DNA from: Candidatus Latescibacterota bacterium
GTDB taxonomy: Bacteria; Latescibacterota; UBA2968; UBA8231
NCBI GenBank assembly: GCA_964291625.2
Contig: OZ220089.1
Coordinates: 4,160,001-4,224,000 of the forward strand
Reading direction: 5' to 3'
DNA length: 64,000 bases
Below are positions 61,101 to 64,000 of this stretch, piece after piece (position 1 is the first letter of the stretch; each line of letters opens with the position of its first letter). The notes beneath the pieces are model-generated. The model searched no databases. It was given only the letters and a program-made list of their open reading frames with translations, and was not told where the DNA came from. The translations under genes were made by a program, and so were the position numbers.

Positions 61101-62499
61101 CCTGGCGGCGGGCCGTTTCTTCGAGAGGGACGACGAGAGCACGTGCCTCCTTCCCGGGAGAATGGCCGCGGCCCTCGGCATCGGCGCGGCGGACGTGGGC
61201 CGGGCCGCCGTTCGCGTCTTCGGCCGGGACCTCGTGGTCCGCGGCATCGTCGACGCCGGCCGGCTGGACGCCATCCGCGATCTCGACGCCGAACCGCTCA
61301 CGCCGGCCGACTTCCAGAGCGGCGAGGTGCAGTTGCCCGGAGGCCGGGAGAGGGTCTCCATGGAGATCGAGGAAGAAGCGGGTCCGGACCGGATCGAGCC
61401 CTTCCTCCACATGGCGGCCGACAACGTCCTGATCCTGCCCTACGGCGCCGTGTGGGTGGCCGGCGGCACCCTGCGCTCCGTCGGCGTCCGCTTCGACGAC
61501 GGCGTCGACGGCCGTCCCCTGCTGGAGGGCTTCCTGACGCGCGTGGCCGCAACCCTCTTCGCCAGCCTCCGCGACCCCGGGACGGGCGAGCTCGAGGTCT
61601 CCTCCTACACCTCCGTGGGCCTGACGGCGGTGGAAGGACTCGCGGCGCTGTTCGTGCCCATCGTCATCGCCGCCCTCATCGTCCTCAACACCATGCTGGG
61701 CGCCGTGTACGAGCGTCTCCGGGAGATCGGCGTCTACTCCTCCGTGGGGCTGGCGCCGATGCACATCGCCCTGCTCTTCGTGGCCGAGGCCTGTGTCTAC
61801 GCCGTCCTCGGCGTCACCCTCGGCTACCTCCTGGGCCAGGGGTCGGCCAGGCTGCTGCTGACCCTCGACCTCGTGCACGCCATGGACCTGAACTACTCCT
61901 CCACGGCGGCGGTCTCGGCGGCCCTCATGGTCATGGTCCTGGTGCTGCTGTCCACCCTCTACCCGGCGCGAGTCGCCGCCGCCAGGGCGGTGCCGGACAC
62001 GGTGCGGCGCTGGGTGCCGCCCGACCCGGAGGGCGACCGCTGGGAGTTCGACTTCCCCTTTGCCGTGGGGACGGGCGAGGTCCGGGGACTGAGCGGGTTC
62101 CTGGCCGGCTGGTTCGGGTCCTGCAACGAGGACTCCGTCGGCGACTTCTACGCCGAGAAGGTGCGCCTCGTCACCGGCGGGGAGGCCGGGGCCCCCGCGT
62201 ACTCCCTGCAGATGCTGACCTGGCTGGCCCCCTTCGACAAGGGGGTGAGCCAGTACCTGCAGCTCGACTTCGCGCCCTCCCCGGTGGCCACCATCTACCA
62301 GGTGGAGGTCTTCATCGAGCGGATCAGCGGCGAGACGACGTCGTGGCGGCGGCTCAACCAGGGCTTCATGAACAGCCTGCGGAAGCAGTTCCTGCTGTGG
62401 CACACCTTCACGGAGGAGGCCAGGGCCCACCACCGGCAGGCCGCCGAAGGGATGCTGGCGGAGAGCGCTGCCCAGGCCGGCGGGGCCGACCTCGCATGA
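58105..62499 (+). CDS. Fusion of PA + M28 peptidase-fold ectodomain with a multi-TM MacB/FtsX-like permease (1464 aa)
   Basis: GSRVSGYPGSDLAADYV, PA domain, NIWGVVPG...ETIVVQAYYD, TM block, GISNMRRRKLRT, and FtsX motif VYERLREIGVYSSVGLAP. Confidence 0.85.
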   Translation: MRRLVVWLTLPVLCAAARADADGIRATVEFMASVGSRVSGYPGSDLAADYVADAFAAAGVREVAVEEYPITVPLDRGGELTLTASGERFRLHGLWPNHVRTPTVPDSGLSGHLIYGGEGRLSEYAGLELAGSIVLLEFNTGNRWLEAASLGARAILFIEPQATSGREAGAKFVSVPLDIPRLWIDAAAGARLRDLAEDGPLEARLGSRMDWVSRKGRNIWGVVPGHHPELGGETIVVQAYYDGISIVPALAPSAETAGGVAALLELARHLQRRPPARTVVLVATGAHFLARRGIVDFLDRHARTHEEYAGLMEKPLDPALFIGLDLTSGSDRIGIWNNTDRYDIKRFYVPFGRAFTAYAEAAAPLLGRRAERALVNGISPLKGLDWSTYVPGGVTVDGQVAMAAGLVALSFVTIGDGRFVVDTPLDRPQRVDFDNLSRQSAFLNQILSRAFDDPRLLADLEDFGPVLKDELRTFRVDVRAFPRRSQVPDRIVEGAIVALGAGAARRAGPGFKPHKGVRAFRFHLADGNGSAVIPGLPLGAVPVSAYVLDPETGDVVYAPDSGERAGRHHGKKLAQAIRFAGEHKTLVVFPCASRPFYGLVDPRSLTAVRQIRVVNHTGVAPKEYGVARGEGVREPVAVAFAAADDSLMYLMSDSMILTNSRTDPRGTGYVVGRDPLERTDYLAVQDMWRINDERLAAMRDHAIENPRLAALHAWGRELIDQAGAAAERRDWDAFMSRVRAARGVTSRAYPDVMATLNDVIKGLVFFLALVLPAAFFGERLVFAAADIRWQLSGFALIMAIVWAAISQVHPAFDIAHPAIILLAFAIMAMAVFVFAMIFSRFNHYVEEFHARASQVHRADINRVSASYAAFMLGISNMRRRKLRTTLTLVTLTLLTFTVLSFTSFRQQLAFLAFPTAHEARHEGVLIRHPGWKELSSPTLDYVRSHFSRHGVVSPRNWLVADAGKPKSYIEVQGKAGTVRAAGLLGLSPQEPRVTGIDEALAAGRFFERDDESTCLLPGRMAAALGIGAADVGRAAVRVFGRDLVVRGIVDAGRLDAIRDLDAEPLTPADFQSGEVQLPGGRERVSMEIEEEAGPDRIEPFLHMAADNVLILPYGAVWVAGGTLRSVGVRFDDGVDGRPLLEGFLTRVAATLFASLRDPGTGELEVSSYTSVGLTAVEGLAALFVPIVIAALIVLNTMLGAVYERLREIGVYSSVGLAPMHIALLFVAEACVYAVLGVTLGYLLGQGSARLLLTLDLVHAMDLNYSSTAAVSAALMVMVLVLLSTLYPARVAAARAVPDTVRRWVPPDPEGDRWEFDFPFAVGTGEVRGLSGFLAGWFGSCNEDSVGDFYAEKVRLVTGGEAGAPAYSLQMLTWLAPFDKGVSQYLQLDFAPSPVATIYQVEVFIERISGETTSWRRLNQGFMNSLRKQFLLWHTFTEEARAHHRQAAEGMLAESAAQAGGADLA

Positions 62500-64000
62500 G
62501 CAAGGCCGTCCCCCGGATCTACCGCCGGCACCTGAGCTCGCGCTCCGAGCCCCTCCTCGAGTCGCGCCACCGCCTGACGTGGCGGGGGTTCTTCGTGGGC
62601 AGCTTCCTGAGCTTCTTCCTGGCCATCGGCGCCCCCTACAGCAACATGGTCATCAAGGGCGCCTACGTGTCCGCCGACATCAGCACCCCGGGGGCGATCT
62701 TCGTCTTCGTCGTGCTCATCGGCCTCCTCAACCTCGCCTTCAAGGCAGCGGCCCGCAGCAAGGGGTCGGCCCTCGCCTTCGCCGCCGCCCTGGGGGCCGC
62801 CTGGCTCTCCGCCTACCGGCCCCTGGGCGATGTCGATGTGCATTCGCCCGGATTCATCTTCTCCACCTTCGCCCTGACCTGCGCCCTCGCCAACGTGCCG
62901 CTGGCCTGGTCCGGCCGCAGCCTGGCCCTCAACCGGGCCGAGCTGATCATGGTCTATGCCATGCTGGCCATGGTCTCGGCCGTGTGCACCATGGGCCTGA
63001 CCGAGATCCTCCTGCCCACCCTCACCGCCGTCTTCTACTACGCCTCGCCGGAGAACCAGTGGCGGGAGAAGCTCTTCCCCCACTTCCCCGAGCACGACAT
63101 CCTCGTGGACGACGGCGCCGGCAACGCCCTGTTCTTCGAGGGCATCTCCAGCTCCGGCGAGGGCATCCCCTACGGCGCCTGGGTCGAGCCGCTCACGTGG
63201 TGGGCGGTCTTCCTGCTGGCCCTCTACGTGTGCATGATCTCGATCGCCGTGATCCTGCGGCGCCAGTGGATGGAGCGGGAGCGGCTGAGCTATCCGGTCG
63301 CCCAGGCCGGTCTGGCCATGATCCGCGGCGAGGACGAGAAAGGCCTGGTGAACGGCTTCTTCAAGCGTCCCTCCGTGTGGATGGGCATGGCCATCCCCTT
63401 CATCGCCGGCAGCCTCCGGGCGATGTCGAACTACGACCCCTCCGTACCCATGGTGTGGATGCGCCTGCCCATACCCTACGCCTCCGGCAAGGTCGACTTC
63501 GCCCTCACCGGCTTCGCCTACCTCATCGACACGAGGATATCGGGGAGCCTGTGGGTGTTCTACCTGCTCGGCAGGATGCAGAAGAGCCTGCTGGCCACCG
63601 CCGGGATCAAGTCGGAGCAGGTCCTCGAGGGCGTCCACGACGCCCCCCTGGTCGGCTACGAGGGGCTGGGGGCCCTGCTGGTGCTGGTGGCGGTGGTGCT
63701 GTGGACGGCCCGCGACCACCTGAAGGCGGTCTGGCTCAAGGCCCTGGGCCGGGCGCCCCTCGTCGACGACCGGGACGAGATCCTCTCCTACCGCGGCGCC
63801 GTGATCGGCGCCCTCGGGGGGATCGCGGTCATGACCGGGTGGCTGTGGATCATGGGCACACCCCTGTGGGTCTCGTTCTTCTTCATCGTCCTGGCCATGG
63901 CGATCTTCATCGGCATCACCCGGATCATCGCCGAGGCCGGGCTGGCGACCCTGCGGACGCCCGTCAACGCCCCCGACTTCGTCATCCTGGGTCTCGGGTC
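62496..64000 (+). CDS. DUF6785-family (OPT-like) polytopic membrane transporter, 3'-truncated by the window edge; absent from the ORF track
   Basis: ATG at 62496 overlaps the previous stop (ATGA). The frame appears open to the window end, with LTWRGFFVG, LNRAELIMVYAM, FYYASPENQW, ILRRQWMERERLSYPVAQ and TRIIAEAG. Confidence 0.8.
   Translation, partial: MSKAVPRIYRRHLSSRSEPLLESRHRLTWRGFFVGSFLSFFLAIGAPYSNMVIKGAYVSADISTPGAIFVFVVLIGLLNLAFKAAARSKGSALAFAAALGAAWLSAYRPLGDVDVHSPGFIFSTFALTCALANVPLAWSGRSLALNRAELIMVYAMLAMVSAVCTMGLTEILLPTLTAVFYYASPENQWREKLFPHFPEHDILVDDGAGNALFFEGISSSGEGIPYGAWVEPLTWWAVFLLALYVCMISIAVILRRQWMERERLSYPVAQAGLAMIRGEDEKGLVNGFFKRPSVWMGMAIPFIAGSLRAMSNYDPSVPMVWMRLPIPYASGKVDFALTGFAYLIDTRISGSLWVFYLLGRMQKSLLATAGIKSEQVLEGVHDAPLVGYEGLGALLVLVAVVLWTARDHLKAVWLKALGRAPLVDDRDEILSYRGAVIGALGGIAVMTGWLWIMGTPLWVSFFFIVLAMAIFIGITRIIAEAGLATLRTPVNAPDFVILGLG

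Noticed and set aside
57985-62433. 1482-aa minus-strand ORF
   Set aside because: It is the antisense mirror of the M28/FtsX gene and has no motifs.

Overview
This is a very GC-rich, gene-dense bacterial window with about 45 protein-coding genes. I saw no rRNA, tRNA, CRISPR array, integrase or transposase. The gene families present (C-terminal 'TAVEARSWGRVK' tail, FlgD/CHU_C-type proteins, ASPIC/UnbV, several PhyH dioxygenases, DUF6785) suggest a Candidatus Latescibacterota-like or related FCB-group organism, but this is inference only. There are three blocks. (1) 583-15795, minus strand: a largely translationally coupled operon with a membrane-fusion protein, an ABC ATPase, three tandem pairs of MacB/FtsX permeases, an NtrC-type sigma-54 regulator, a histidine kinase and a DUF5686 outer-membrane protein. 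A candidate sigma-54 promoter and paired enhancer sites lie upstream. (2) 16845-40744: a catabolic mosaic with a TPP enzyme, four PhyH dioxygenases, two enolase-superfamily dehydratases, an amidohydrolase, an RraA-type aldolase, oxidoreductases and transporters. (3) 41015 to beyond 64000, plus strand: the most interesting block, a co-oriented cell-envelope locus. It encodes a TPR lipoprotein, a secreted 'SWGxVK'-tailed protein, three paralogous discoidin-like/FlgD-Ig proteins all ending 'VAY', two paralogous Asp/Asn-rich putative beta-barrels, a two-domain parvulin lipoprotein, a catalytically degenerate M28-fold/FtsX fusion and a DUF6785 transporter. I interpret it as a candidate uncharacterised surface capture/import or surface-display system. 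Three apparent single-base frameshifts suggest indel errors in the assembly. All family assignments come from motif recognition by eye; no database search was run.
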